A stretch of 64,000 nucleotides of DNA from Eledone cirrhosa (lineage: Eukaryota). The notes beneath the pieces were generated by a model. It was given only the letters and a program-made list of their open reading frames with translations, was not told where the DNA came from and did not search any database. The stretch is from the NCBI GenBank assembly GCA_964016885.1, contig OZ024740.1, positions 278,690,001 to 278,754,000 on the forward strand, read 5' to 3'. The position numbers and the translations under genes were made by a program. The first letter of the stretch is position 1; every line of letters starts with the position of its first letter. Below, one piece after another: positions 25,638 through 37,899 of this stretch.

Positions 25638-27219
25638 GAATATTTTCGAATATTCTATGTCTATATTCACATATATATCGCTATTTCAGAGCATTTATTC
25701 CAATTTCTAATTTCTGCCGGACCGGCAACCGCTCTTTCAAACCAGTTCCTGTACACAGCTAAGTATTCTATAAGTCTCTAGCTGTGTCATTCTCGATAAA
25801 AGCACTGGATATGTAGTCCTGATGATTTCTAACGAGAATGAAACGCGTAGATTACTTCCCTTGCTTTTATCGAGAATCTAATTGTAATACGTGACGTATT
25901 CTATTCTATAGCGATTAGGTCTTCAAAATGTTTATTATAAACATACAGAATATTTTCGAATATTCTATGTCTATATTCACATATATATCGCTATTTCAGA
26001 GCATTTATTCCAATTTCTAATTTCTGCCGGACCGGCAACCGCTCTTTCAAACCAGTTCCTGTACACAGCTAAGTATTCTATAAGTCTCTAGCTGTGTCAT
26101 TCTCGATAAAAGCACTGGATATGTAGTCCTGATGATTTCTAACGAGAATGAAACGCGTAGATTACTTCCCTTGCTTTTATCGAGAATCTAATTGTAATAC
26201 GTGACGTATTCTATTCTATAGCGATTAGGTCTTCAAAATGTTTATTATAAACATACAGAATATTTTCGAATATTCTATGTCTATATTCACATATATATCG
26301 CTATTTCAGAGCATTTATTCCAATTTCTAATTTCTGCCGGACCGGCAACCGCTCTTTCAAACCAGTTCCTGTACACAGCTAAGTATTCTATAAGTCTCTA
26401 GCTGTGTCATTCTCGATAAAAGCACTGGATATGTAGTCCTGATGATTTCTAACGAGAATGAAACGCGTAGATTACTTCCCTTGCTTTTATCGAGAATCTA
26501 ATTGTAATACGTGACGTATTCTATTCTATAGCGATTAGGTCTTCAAAATGTTTATTATAAACATACAGAATATTTTCGAATATTCTATGTCTATATTCAC
26601 ATATATATCGCTATTTCAGAGCATTTATTCCAATTTCTAATTTCTGCCGGACCGGCAACCGCTCTTTCAAACCAGTTCCTGTACACAGCTAAGTATTCTA
26701 TAAGTCTCTAGCTGTGTCATTCTCGATAAAAGCACTGGATATGTAGTCCTGATGATTTCTAACGAGAATGAAACGCGTAGATTACTTCCCTTGCTTTTAT
26801 CGAGAATCTAATTGTAATACGTGACGTATTCTATTCTATAGCGATTAGGTCTTCAAAATGTTTATTATAAACATACAGAATATTTTCGAATATTCTATGT
26901 CTATATTCACATATATATCGCTATTTCAGAGCATTTATTCCAATTTCTAATTTCTGCCGGACCGGCAACCGCTCTTTCAAACCAGTTCCTGTACACAGCT
27001 AAGTATTCTATAAGTCTCTAGCTGTGTCATTCTCGATAAAAGCACTGGATATGTAGTCCTGATGATTTCTAACGAGAATGAAACGCGTAGATTACTTCCC
27101 TTGCTTTTATCGAGAATCTAATTGTAATACGTGACGTATTCTATTCTATAGCGATTAGGTCTTCAAAATGTTTATTATAAACATACAGAATATTTTCGAA
27201 TATTCTATGTCTATATTCA
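25635..27219 (+). repeat. 310-bp tandem array, inverted right arm (~5.1 units), hammerhead on plus strand
   Basis: tattttcgaa recurs at 25641+310n; reverse complement of the left arm; HHR at 25813-25855+310n (5 copies). Confidence 0.95.
25813..25855 (+). ncRNA. Minimal type I hammerhead ribozyme (representative of 14 copies)
   Basis: gtagtc-CTGATGA-t ttct aacg agaa t-GAAA-cgcg-TA-gattac: 6-bp stem I, palindromic stem III ACGCGT, GUA cleavage triplet. Confidence 0.85.
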
Positions 27220-27227
27220 TATATATG

Positions 27228-27345
<118 letters not shown>

Positions 27346-27652
27346 ATATATGTATGGTGGTGTGTACATATGGACACGTAACACCTGCTGGAGTTGTAAG
27401 GAAGGTGTAGTGACGTACAGTATTTTTTGTGCACTTTAAACCTGGCGTAACCCATACCCTCTCCTGTTTTGAACACAGCCGTGTATACATATTTTTTTTT
27501 TCAACGACGGAAGTGTGTATAATGCAATTAAATTGCATATTAATAAGAATAATGAGAATATGGGGAAAAAATTGTTTTTACATACATATTTAGGGAGAAA
27601 AGTTTACATTTGATATATATGCGTGTGTGTGTGTGTGTGTGTACATAAAATT

Positions 27653-28291
27653 TAAAAAAACGGAGTTAAATATTCACATTAATCCCCTATAATTTAATGA
27701 GTTCAATGGATAGATTCCGGGCTCTTTATAAATCAGCATATAGAGAGAAGTACACATAGAGATATGTGTTAATCATAGTGTATCAAAACCACCAGAGTGA
27801 CGAACATATTAACTACGGAAGGAATGGTGAATATAAATCAATAAAAAGAATATATTAAAGTGTACTAACCATCCAATTATAACAGTAACACCCGGACATG
27901 CTCAAATAAGCGCATGTTTCGCTATAAAAGGTGAAGAATCCATATTGTAGATGTAGCTCATCGGCGGGTGATTAGCAATATGATCAACACTTCTAAACAA
28001 ATATATCAGATAACTAAGAAAACACGCATGGTACAGAGGAAAGTCATGTGTGTTTTATAGCCCATGGTGGTGTGAATAGATCAAAAGACCGCTCAAAACA
28101 GCAGTTCAGAGCCATTCAACTTTAGAAGCTCTACTTACAGAAATGAGTTAGGAGCCAAAATATCAAATAAAAAAACGGTGTTAAAAACTCACATTAATCC
28201 CCTATAATTTAATGAGCTCCAGGAATAGATTCTGAGCTCTTTATAAATCAACATATAAAGAGAAATACACATAGATATGTGTTCAATCATA
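27653..28291 (-). mobile_element. Partial-tandem (~517-bp period) element with HHR at 27889-27970
   Basis: 27653-27778 is repeated at 28170-28291; minus strand cacccg-CCGATGA-gcta..tagc-GAAA-catgc..gcatg-TC-cgggtg. Confidence 0.75.
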
Positions 28292-28394
28292 AACGTGGTT
28301 TTTTATTTCCTATGATTGAAAACATATCTCTATGTGTACTTCTCTCTATATGTTGATATATATATATGCAAAACTGGTAAATGATGTACACCCT

Positions 28395-29372
<978 letters not shown>

Positions 29373-29696
29373 ATTTAAGCAAACGCTATAGAAAAATAGG
29401 TAATGTTATAATCTTATGTCTAGTCGTGCTTGCTTTCTGTATATATTTTACGATTTGCATTACAATTATTTCCTTTTACTAACATTGATATCTTTCGGAA
29501 AGATATTAATGTGTCAACTTCCTTAGAGTAGCTATGATTAATCATTCACTTATGATTATCAATCATTACCAAAGGTCAAGCAAATCACTCTAATAATTGT
29601 CCTATCACGTAAATATATGTATTTGGGTCATACCAATATCATCAGCCAAACGTTGATAGAAAGTAAAGCAGAAAAGGATAATCATGTCATGAAATG

Positions 29697-29900
29697 AAGG
29701 TGCGTGGCTGAGTGGTTAGGGAATTGGATTCGCAATCGTGAGGTTGAGAGTTCGATTCCCGGACCGGGAGATGCGTTATGTCCTTGAGCAAGACATTTTA
29801 TTACACGTTGCTCCTTTTACCTAGAGTTGCGACCGATAGATAGTATTAGCAATGGAAAGACCAATGGAAACATTGTTTCCCCGGTCCGAGTTGACGAAAG
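29697..29900 (+). mobile_element. Second tRNA-derived SINE family
   Basis: tggctgagtggttagg..gagttcgattcccggacc..tccttgagcaagaca; homologues at 47480-47600 and 47630-47785. Confidence 0.75.
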
Positions 29901-30559
29901 TCGATCGACTGTCCATGTCATGAAGCACATACCCATCCAATCTGCCAGTAATATTTGTGGTATTACTGGACACAATGATCAGATAATGAAATAAAAAACC
30001 GATATACCTTTATATAACATTTCCCAAAAATGGTTGAGAATAAATATATACTAATAGGGAGTTCTCGATATTAAGTTATGATTAAAATTGATCTCTAACA
30101 TAGGCACAGAACCACACATTTTTGATGAGGAGTAAAGTCAAACATATAGAATCTTATAATTGAATGTTACTTTATTTTGTCAATCACAGAGAGGTGAAAA
30201 GCAAATTTAGCCTCAGCGGTATTTCAACTCAAAACGTAAATGGTAAAAGTCATAATAAACTCTTCTGTTACCGTACAAAAGTGATGGGTGGGGGATCCTT
30301 ACTGGGACTGGTTACACGAAGTTTGGGGGCTGCAATGAAATCAAATGAAATACAAACGAATAATGGTATAAAAAGTATACAAAATGTAGTAATGTTTCAA
30401 GAGAAGAACCGCCACCTAATAGCAATTAAAAAACTTGACAGATCCATGATTACTCACTCTGACTATCAAGGGTAAGTGTCCTCCTTCATCTGTGTTCTCC
30501 GATCTACAGACGCATGATGAGAATAACTCCATTCATTCGAACCATGTCACTCTCAACTT

Positions 30560-31030
30560 ACTTTAAACAATTTTACTAGAGACCACGACATCTCTCGACA
30601 CTTTCACCTTCCCCTTCAAGGAAAACTTTAAAAAGTCAGTAACGTAGCAAGACCAGGGATTCCTGTCAGTTCGTCATTGCCGACTTCTAGTGTTTCCTGG
30701 AGAATGTCGTCGATCTTCCCTATCTCTAGTTCTCTACAAGATCTACCGAGGAAGTTCCACCAATCGCATTATTTGTAGAAAGCTGTGAGCTCCTAACAAT
30801 ATTTCAGATACCAGGCGTTAAGTCATTGAATATTTAGGTATAGATTCTTCTCAGTCTATTTTGGGGTGGGACGAAACACGATACTTGTAGCTACAGTCAA
30901 GTTTCTGACCACCAAATGGACCAGAACGAACCAACTCCCAAAAAGCTTAACCAATTGACCTATATGCTCCACCACTCCATATTTCATTGCATATACCTGC
31001 AGGGCTTCATCTAATTTGCTCCTTGTCAGA
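30560..31030 (-). pseudogene. Highly decayed Tx1/L1 ORF2 fragment
   Basis: GQLVKLFGSWF resembles GPVKLLGVWF of the 41345-42040 ORF; downstream DFLKFSLKGKVKV resembles FFKYHFRRRIRV. Confidence 0.45.
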
Positions 31031-31848
31031 ACATAAAAAGCACCAGTGATTTTCACAGAGTATGGATATATAACGTTCTTTTGCTCTTGCGTTTGAGTAA
31101 TAAATTCTATTGACAAAATGTTATACGTTTTGTATTTCTTCAAAATGTTTTATATGATTCTTGTTTTACCTGAAAGAACGTTTGTAATCAAATAAATTGA
31201 GATTTGTGTTTGGAAGATTTACATTTGATAAAGTACGTGTGTACGTAAGAATGTTATTGTTGTTGCTGCTACTTTATCATAGATTTACAGAATACTTACC
31301 AACAAAACTCGATTCAGGAACTCACAAAGAAAAATACAAATGAAAGGGAATATGAGGAGAAAGATGTAGGAAAAGGAAACCCTAAAGTGGAATTCAGCTC
31401 CACAGTAGGATAAAGGTGGAAATAATCTAAAACGGTCAAACAATACATCTCCTTATAGATCAACAAATAGACTTCCTAACCATAAAACTCCGTAATAAAA
31501 TAGCAGCAGTGATTACAAAACACTAACTTGGCCATCGTTGACGTAACATGAACAGAAACATTAGTATCACAAGACTAAATTACATAATATACATTGCAAC
31601 CACTGTTGTTACGAAATAAAGGGGTATTGGCTTAGATCTACACAAACAAGAGTAGTAAAACCCACACAAGGTTTGAAAACAAATACAAAACAAAGATAGA
31701 ACATAGGGAAAAGAACCTTTAATCTTAAATGAAATAAGAAAGTAGACAACACAGACGAGAGAGAAATTGAGACAATACTGTACACGGATTTACAAAAGAA
31801 TTAGGCATGAAATTTTGATTAGAAAAATGTTAAAGATAGGAAAAGTAA

Positions 31849-32335
31849 TTCTTCTTCTTCTTCTTCTTCTTCTTCTTCTTCTTCTTCTTCTTCTTCTTCT
31901 TCTTCTTCTTCTTCTTCTTCTTTGCCCACTTGTCCTCAAACACTTTTTCCTGTCAGAAGCAACCGTCTCCAACTGATCCGGCTGGATCCCCAAGCGCGAC
32001 CAACCAGGCTCATGGATGTTATCGAACCATCTTGCTCGGGGTCTCCTGTCGGTTGGTTTTGCCCGTAAGATATGTCCTGTGATTCTTTCCTGGGACATTC
32101 TAACCACATGTCCATAGTATCGGAGCTGTGATATCTCAATTCGTAGAAGTAGCAGCTCTACCTGGAGTGACTCTCTGATCTCCGAGCTACACATTCTATC
32201 GGGTAACGTTACTCCAAAGACCTTTGGAGGAACCCCATTTCATCCGCTTGTATCCGTGATCGTATTTTTTTGGTCATTACCCAAGATTCATGACCATAGG
32301 TAAGGGTTGGCACGAATACCGAATTAAAGATAGCG
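31849..32335 (-). mobile_element. 3' fragment of RTE LINE with (AAG)n tail
   Basis: IRESLQVELLLLRIEISQLRYYGHVVRMSQER..RPRARW; nucleotide similarity to 11900-12240; (CTT)n at 31849-31921. Confidence 0.85.
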
Positions 32336-32879
32336 AAACTATTTTAAAACAATAATTTCACGCTCAATGAAGAAACAGAGATAAAAGAATTAGTTCAAAC
32401 GCAGACAAAAATTTAGGAATCAATCAACAAGACTAGGTTCAATACACACAAATGAAAGAAAAGATTGAAAATTAGAAGTATAGACAGATAAGATTACTAC
32501 AGGAAACAGAACTGAATGCAAAGAATAAGGTAATAGGTATAAATACTTTAGCGGTACCAGTAATAGGCTACAGTTTTCACATTCTTTACTGGACATTAAA
32601 AGAACTAAAAACAAGACAAATAATGACTACATTTAGAATACAGCATTATACCTCCCACGAATGCAGAGGTATGGGCTTTATGAAGATAGATAACTGTTAT
32701 CAAATCACCACTGTACGACTACAAATACCTAATGAAGAATAATGGAAAGTTAAAACAAATAGGCACGAAACATGAACAAAATAAATGATTGTTTTCTATC
32801 TTCAAGGAAGCAGACAAACGCAAAACAGAAAATGAATTATGAGGAAAATGAATACAACAGAATCTATGAAAAACTAAAA

Positions 32880-33775
32880 TTCAATTGAAAACAGATTATC
32901 AGAATGCTATGCAAACAGATTATCAGAATGCAATACCCAGAAAAATCTCTACATCATCAAAACCTGCAGGAAACTGAACAAGAAGGTGGGAACAAGAAAC
33001 ATTCACAAAACTGGCTTCAAGGCACTGAACGAAAAGTTGACACTTGTTATGCGAGACAAGATCAAAGACCTCCATCCCACTCCACCTCTACCAGAAATCA
33101 CCAAATGTGCATAATTAGGAACACAGTAACTGAAAAATATGTGAGATGAGGAAGAAATAATTAACCAGATTATCTCTGGTTACCCAGTCTTAACCAAAAT
33201 AGAATATATCCACAGACATAATAGAGCTGATATTTACATAAACTAGAGGTTAGGCCAACACTACGAAATACCAACAGAGAAAAGGTGGTACATACACCAG
33301 AAAAGGTGTCAGAGAGTGACTACAATATCCGAATACATAGAGAGAGAGGGAGAGAGAGAGAAAGAGAGAGAGAGAAAGGGGGCGGAGTGAGAGAGGGAGA
33401 CTGAGAGAGAGAGAGAAAGAGAGCGAAAGAGAGAGAGAAAGAGAGAGAGAGACAGAGAGAGAGATCAAAGCCAACCGATTATTTATTATAGCCAAAGACC
33501 ACAAAAAATGTCTTGATGTATCCCTACAGACGACAATATATTCTATCAAGGAAATAGAGAAATTATCCAAATACAAAGATCTATAGATAGCATTACCCCG
33601 AATGTGGATGATGAAAACAGAAGTAATCCCTATAGCAATAGGTTCTCTGGGAGTGATTAAAAAACATACACACGGATATAATACATACAGGACTTACAAA
33701 TATGTCAGCATACAGAAAATAGCACTGCTAGGCACTGCACACATATTACGAATAGACTCTCAATACAATAGAAAT
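32880..33775 (+). pseudogene. Decayed RLE-type (R4/Dong-like) LINE 3' fragment with internal (GA)n
   Basis: Remnants of IISG.P.L..EY..RH, KANR..IIAKD, VIPIAIGSLG, SIQKIALLGTAHILR. Confidence 0.7.
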
Positions 33776-33859
33776 AAAATCACAAAAAGCAACACTGCAC
33801 ATACCACAGAACAGTGCTCGGTAATGCAGTAACAACAAGCAATAAAAACAGGACTAATA

Positions 33860-34050
33860 ATAATTGTTTCTACTTTTGGCACAAGGCCAGCAATTACCCA
33901 GTATATTACTGGTACTTTATTTTATCGACCCCGTAAGGGTGAAAGGCAAAGTTAACCTCGGCGGGATTTGAACTCAGAATGGCAAGGACCGTAACTCTAT
34001 GCGTCAAAGCATGGCGTCCGATCCTCTACCGATACTGCCAATCCACCGCA
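33860..34050 (-). mobile_element. tRNA-derived SINE (major family)
   Basis: Reverse complement of the 15734-15925 family. Confidence 0.85.
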
Positions 34051-34149
34051 ATAACAACTACTACAACAACAATATTAATAATAATAATTAGAAAAATGTG
34101 CCAAAGCAACATTCAAGAAAGGCAGCATAACAAGCACAAACACAATGGA

Positions 34150-35285
34150 AATAGATGTGAATACAGCAATTAGGAAACTAGAACAGGAACAAGCCTACAT
34201 ATATCTAGGGATCAATGAAGGCCAAGGTATCTACTACGCCAGCCTGAAAGATAGAATGAGGAAGGAATGTTAATGGAGAGTACGTACTATCATGAAAACT
34301 GAGCTTAACTCGAGAAAGTAACTATCTGCCATAAATGCGCTTGCAATCTCAATTGTCACCTACTGGTTTGATATCATAAATTGGAACGTTAATGAAATTA
34401 AGATGGTGAACACCAAAATTAGGAAACTTTTGTTATGTAATAAAATACATCACCCAAAAGCAGATGTGGATTGTCTCTATCTCCCTAGACAAAACCAAGG
34501 TAGAGGAATAATTCAACTAGAGCTATCATATAAGATATCGACCATTGGATTCGATCAGTACCTTAAAACCACAGACGACTGGATGATGAAAATGGTAGCA
34601 GATCACGAAAGGAAGAAGTGGTTACATTCAGTCACAAAGGAAAGTAGAAAGTTTGCGGAAGAATTGGGGATACATTCTGAAAATGATGGCAATTTTGCAA
34701 TTAAAGCTGCAAAGAACATCAGTGTTGACAAAACATGAAGGTCAACAGAGACTGTGCACTAAATGAGAGCAAAAAGCACTGCATGGGCAGTATGTTCTCC
34801 GTAGCAAAGAACCCTGGTGTAGATAAATTCTCACCCATCAGTTGCTGCAGAGTTCTGTACTAAAGGCCGAGTGTGAGAGCTTCATTTTTGTTGCACATGA
34901 CATTCAACGCGCAACTTTCAAGCAAATTTAATCAGAAATAGAATTGACCCAAAGTATCAATTCTATGATGCGCATGTTGAGACCATTGACCACTTGATTT
35001 CAGGCTGCAAAGTATTAGCTTCCAATGAACATAAAACGAGGCATGATAGAAAGGGGCAATAGTTACACTCGATAATGTGCGGGTTTTATGGTGTGAAAAG
35101 GGAGGGGAAATGGTACAACCATCACCCAGATGCAGTAATAGGAGAAAACGTGACAATCCTATGGGATTTCTCTGTGAATACTGACAGAACAATCAAGGCT
35201 AACAGACATGATATAATTATGAAGGACGATAAAGAGAAAACGTTTCTTAATTGACATGAGCATTCCATCAGATTGTAACATCTTC
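34150..35285 (+). pseudogene. Decayed RLE-type (R4/Dong-like) LINE RT C-terminal fragment
   Basis: Y.YLGI, HHPKADVDCLYLPRQNQGRGIIQLE, LHGQY, ETIDHLISGC, WDFSVNTDRTIKANR.DIIM. Confidence 0.8.
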
Positions 35286-35289
35286 ACTG

Positions 35290-35640
35290 TGACTCGGTCG
35301 ATAACCGGATCCGTCCTATACGCAATAACAGTTGCTTCACAAGCCAGTGATGCACAGACATTAGACGAGTGCATGCAGAACGGTTTCGTCGTTCTGTGTG
35401 CATCTCGGGCAGGTATGTCTGATTGCACTTCCATGTCTCTAGAGTTTATCTCGAAGCGGCAGAACTCCCTGGTAGCACTGCCAAGCGAGGGATTTCTAGA
35501 AATTATCCATAGTTATCGGCTCGAAAGTCCTCCGGAACAGACTGGTCGGTTCAATTTCATCGATTTCATTGATGCCAAGGGCTTTTTCGATAGCATCGTT
35601 GCACTTGCCCACAGAATAATAAAATTCTTACTCTTGCAGA
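35290..35640 (-). pseudogene. Tx1/L1 ORF2 C-terminal fragment
   Basis: Minus frame SLFRRTFEPITMDNF*KSLAWQCYQGVLPLRDKL*RHG..CPRCTQNDETVLHAL matches the 40511-41320 ORF. Confidence 0.8.
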
Positions 35641-37899
35641 ATCACATGCACGTGAAAATATATCTCTCCGAAAAATCCGAACTAAATCCAATAATATCAG
35701 AAGAAAAAAAAACATTTTTTTTTTAAATCTGAAAAAAGTGATGTTATAAATACTACAATAAATGTACCTCTTCTTGTCATACGACAAACGCACAATTGTT
35801 AGGGACACAGATCGAGATTGGTGAGCCTAAGGTTTAGGATAGGAGATGGCAACCTTCAAGTGACCCATCCTGTATGGAATTCATTCCAACTGATGCCATT
35901 ACTCGATATATGCACTACTTGTACAATAAATGTACTAAAGATGATTATTACACACAATACACTATTTGATATATATACAACATATACGTAAATGAGATGA
36001 ACACGCGAGACAAGAAATTATAAAACATTGATGCAGAAAGACTTGCGAATGTACAAAGTTTTATTATAAACACTTACAAGATCTCAAAAATTGAAATAGA
36101 ACTCAGAGAAAGTATAGGGTAAGGATGACACAAAAGAACCGACTTCACATAACAAGGATGACCTACTAGAAACCAATGAAAGCATCATAGCAGAACCCAC
36201 CACATACACAATACATAAGTGCCCAGAAAAAAACAGAAAGAAGATAATTGGGAAGACCACACATGCGATAAATAAGCCCTCAAAAAGTGGAAATCAAAAC
36301 AGAAAATACGGCACACAAAAACCAAACAAAGCATTACATAAATCAAAAACAAACAAAAGATAAAGGACTGAAATTAAAATAATGCCTAACAAACAAAAGA
36401 TAAAGGACTGAAATTAAAATAATGCCATTGAAAAGAAATCACCATGGAAACATTAAACTAGTAGAAAAACCACCCTGCGGATGGTTTTCTGCTAGCATGT
36501 GTAGTGTGCATATTGATATTATACGTGCTTGTAAATATATGTCAAATAAAATCGTAATTTACAATAGGCACAGAAATTGAAGAGAGACTGTGTTACACTG
36601 TCTTCTGTAATCAGTAAAGTAATCCATGATACATTTAAAAAAGATGATATTATATATAAACTGCATTACGGTGAAATGTAATAAACGAAAAAGGAGAAAA
36701 TTAGCGACAGAAATATAAACGTTATGATATAACGATGCAAATATATGAACGTTTATATATGTGATGTGATATAGCGTCCGTTATATCATAACCGGAAGTA
36801 TTGACATTTGAAAATTTTAAAAGAAGTGAATCTTAAAATAAGCAATCATTATATATAAGAATAATCATGTTTAATCAACAACTACGAAATTTAGTACTTA
36901 AATTATGTAATATTCATTCATTATTTATTCAAAGTAATCCAACTTATTTTACAAACGGGATAAAAAAAATATATTCAAAGCACAGTCCGGCACTCCTCCC
37001 TTTATTATATTATGATGTACGGACCGTCACAAAAATATATTCTCACTAGGATTTGTTTCAACACGCTAACGCGTATTTATATGTGTGTCCGTGTGTGTAT
37101 GTGCATATGCATACATTTATATGTATAAGTATATAAATATAAACGTGTAAACACAGGCACGCTTACAAAAATACACACTCAGACATGCATTCACACAAAC
37201 GCACACATACATTCACACAAATACACACATACATTCACACAAACACATACACACATACACAGCATAACTAATGGAACGCCAGCCGCCATTTTGCTATAGT
37301 TTTTTTCACCACCCTCTTCCTTACTTTTACACACACATACATTCACGCAGGTGGCAGACGTAAAGAGAGAGTAGTAGTATGAGGTAGTCAAACTACTCCT
37401 CTCCCTTTACGTGTTGTGACAGAATTGCAGAAATTTATATATAGAAGTCAACGGTTAAGAACAAATTGAATAAAATTACACTTTACAACAGATCAACCAG
37501 GGTTAACATTAAGGAGGGTCTAGCAGAAACCATAAAGAAAATAAAAGAGAGCAAAGAATTGATAAACATGAATCAGCGTAAGCAAATATCTGAGCTCTCA
37601 TATATACATTTAAGCAGCGCCCTGGAAGAAATTCTGTCCGCGGAAACAAATCACCTGAATATTAACAAGCTGTGATCTGATTGAACCAGTAACAACGGTA
37701 GTATCGATGGAAACATGACTTGATTCTAATAGAGTCAGACCCTTCTTGGTCAACCCCAGTATGTGACTTTATCTAGTTGTTGTTCTTGTCTTATTTTCCA
37801 TGATAGTGGAATCGTGATTTTTTGTTGGCGACCAGCGCTCTTGTGTCAAGAGAAATTTAAAGACTGAAAAATATACTTTCTTTATCGTATCTTTTTTAT

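Noticed and set aside
22757-27219. CRISPR array or protein-coding repeat
   Set aside because: Units are identical without unique spacers, there are no cas genes, the context is eukaryotic, and there is no ORF of 60 aa or more within the units.
30856-31143. 95-aa minus-strand ORF as a host exon
   Set aside because: No recognisable domain; partial resemblance to Tx1 ORF2 suggests a LINE remnant.
35256-35726. 156-aa plus-strand ORF as a host exon
   Set aside because: It is the antisense of a decayed Tx1 ORF2 fragment.
36349-36426. ~39-bp perfect tandem duplication
   Set aside because: Simple local slippage duplication with no further structure.
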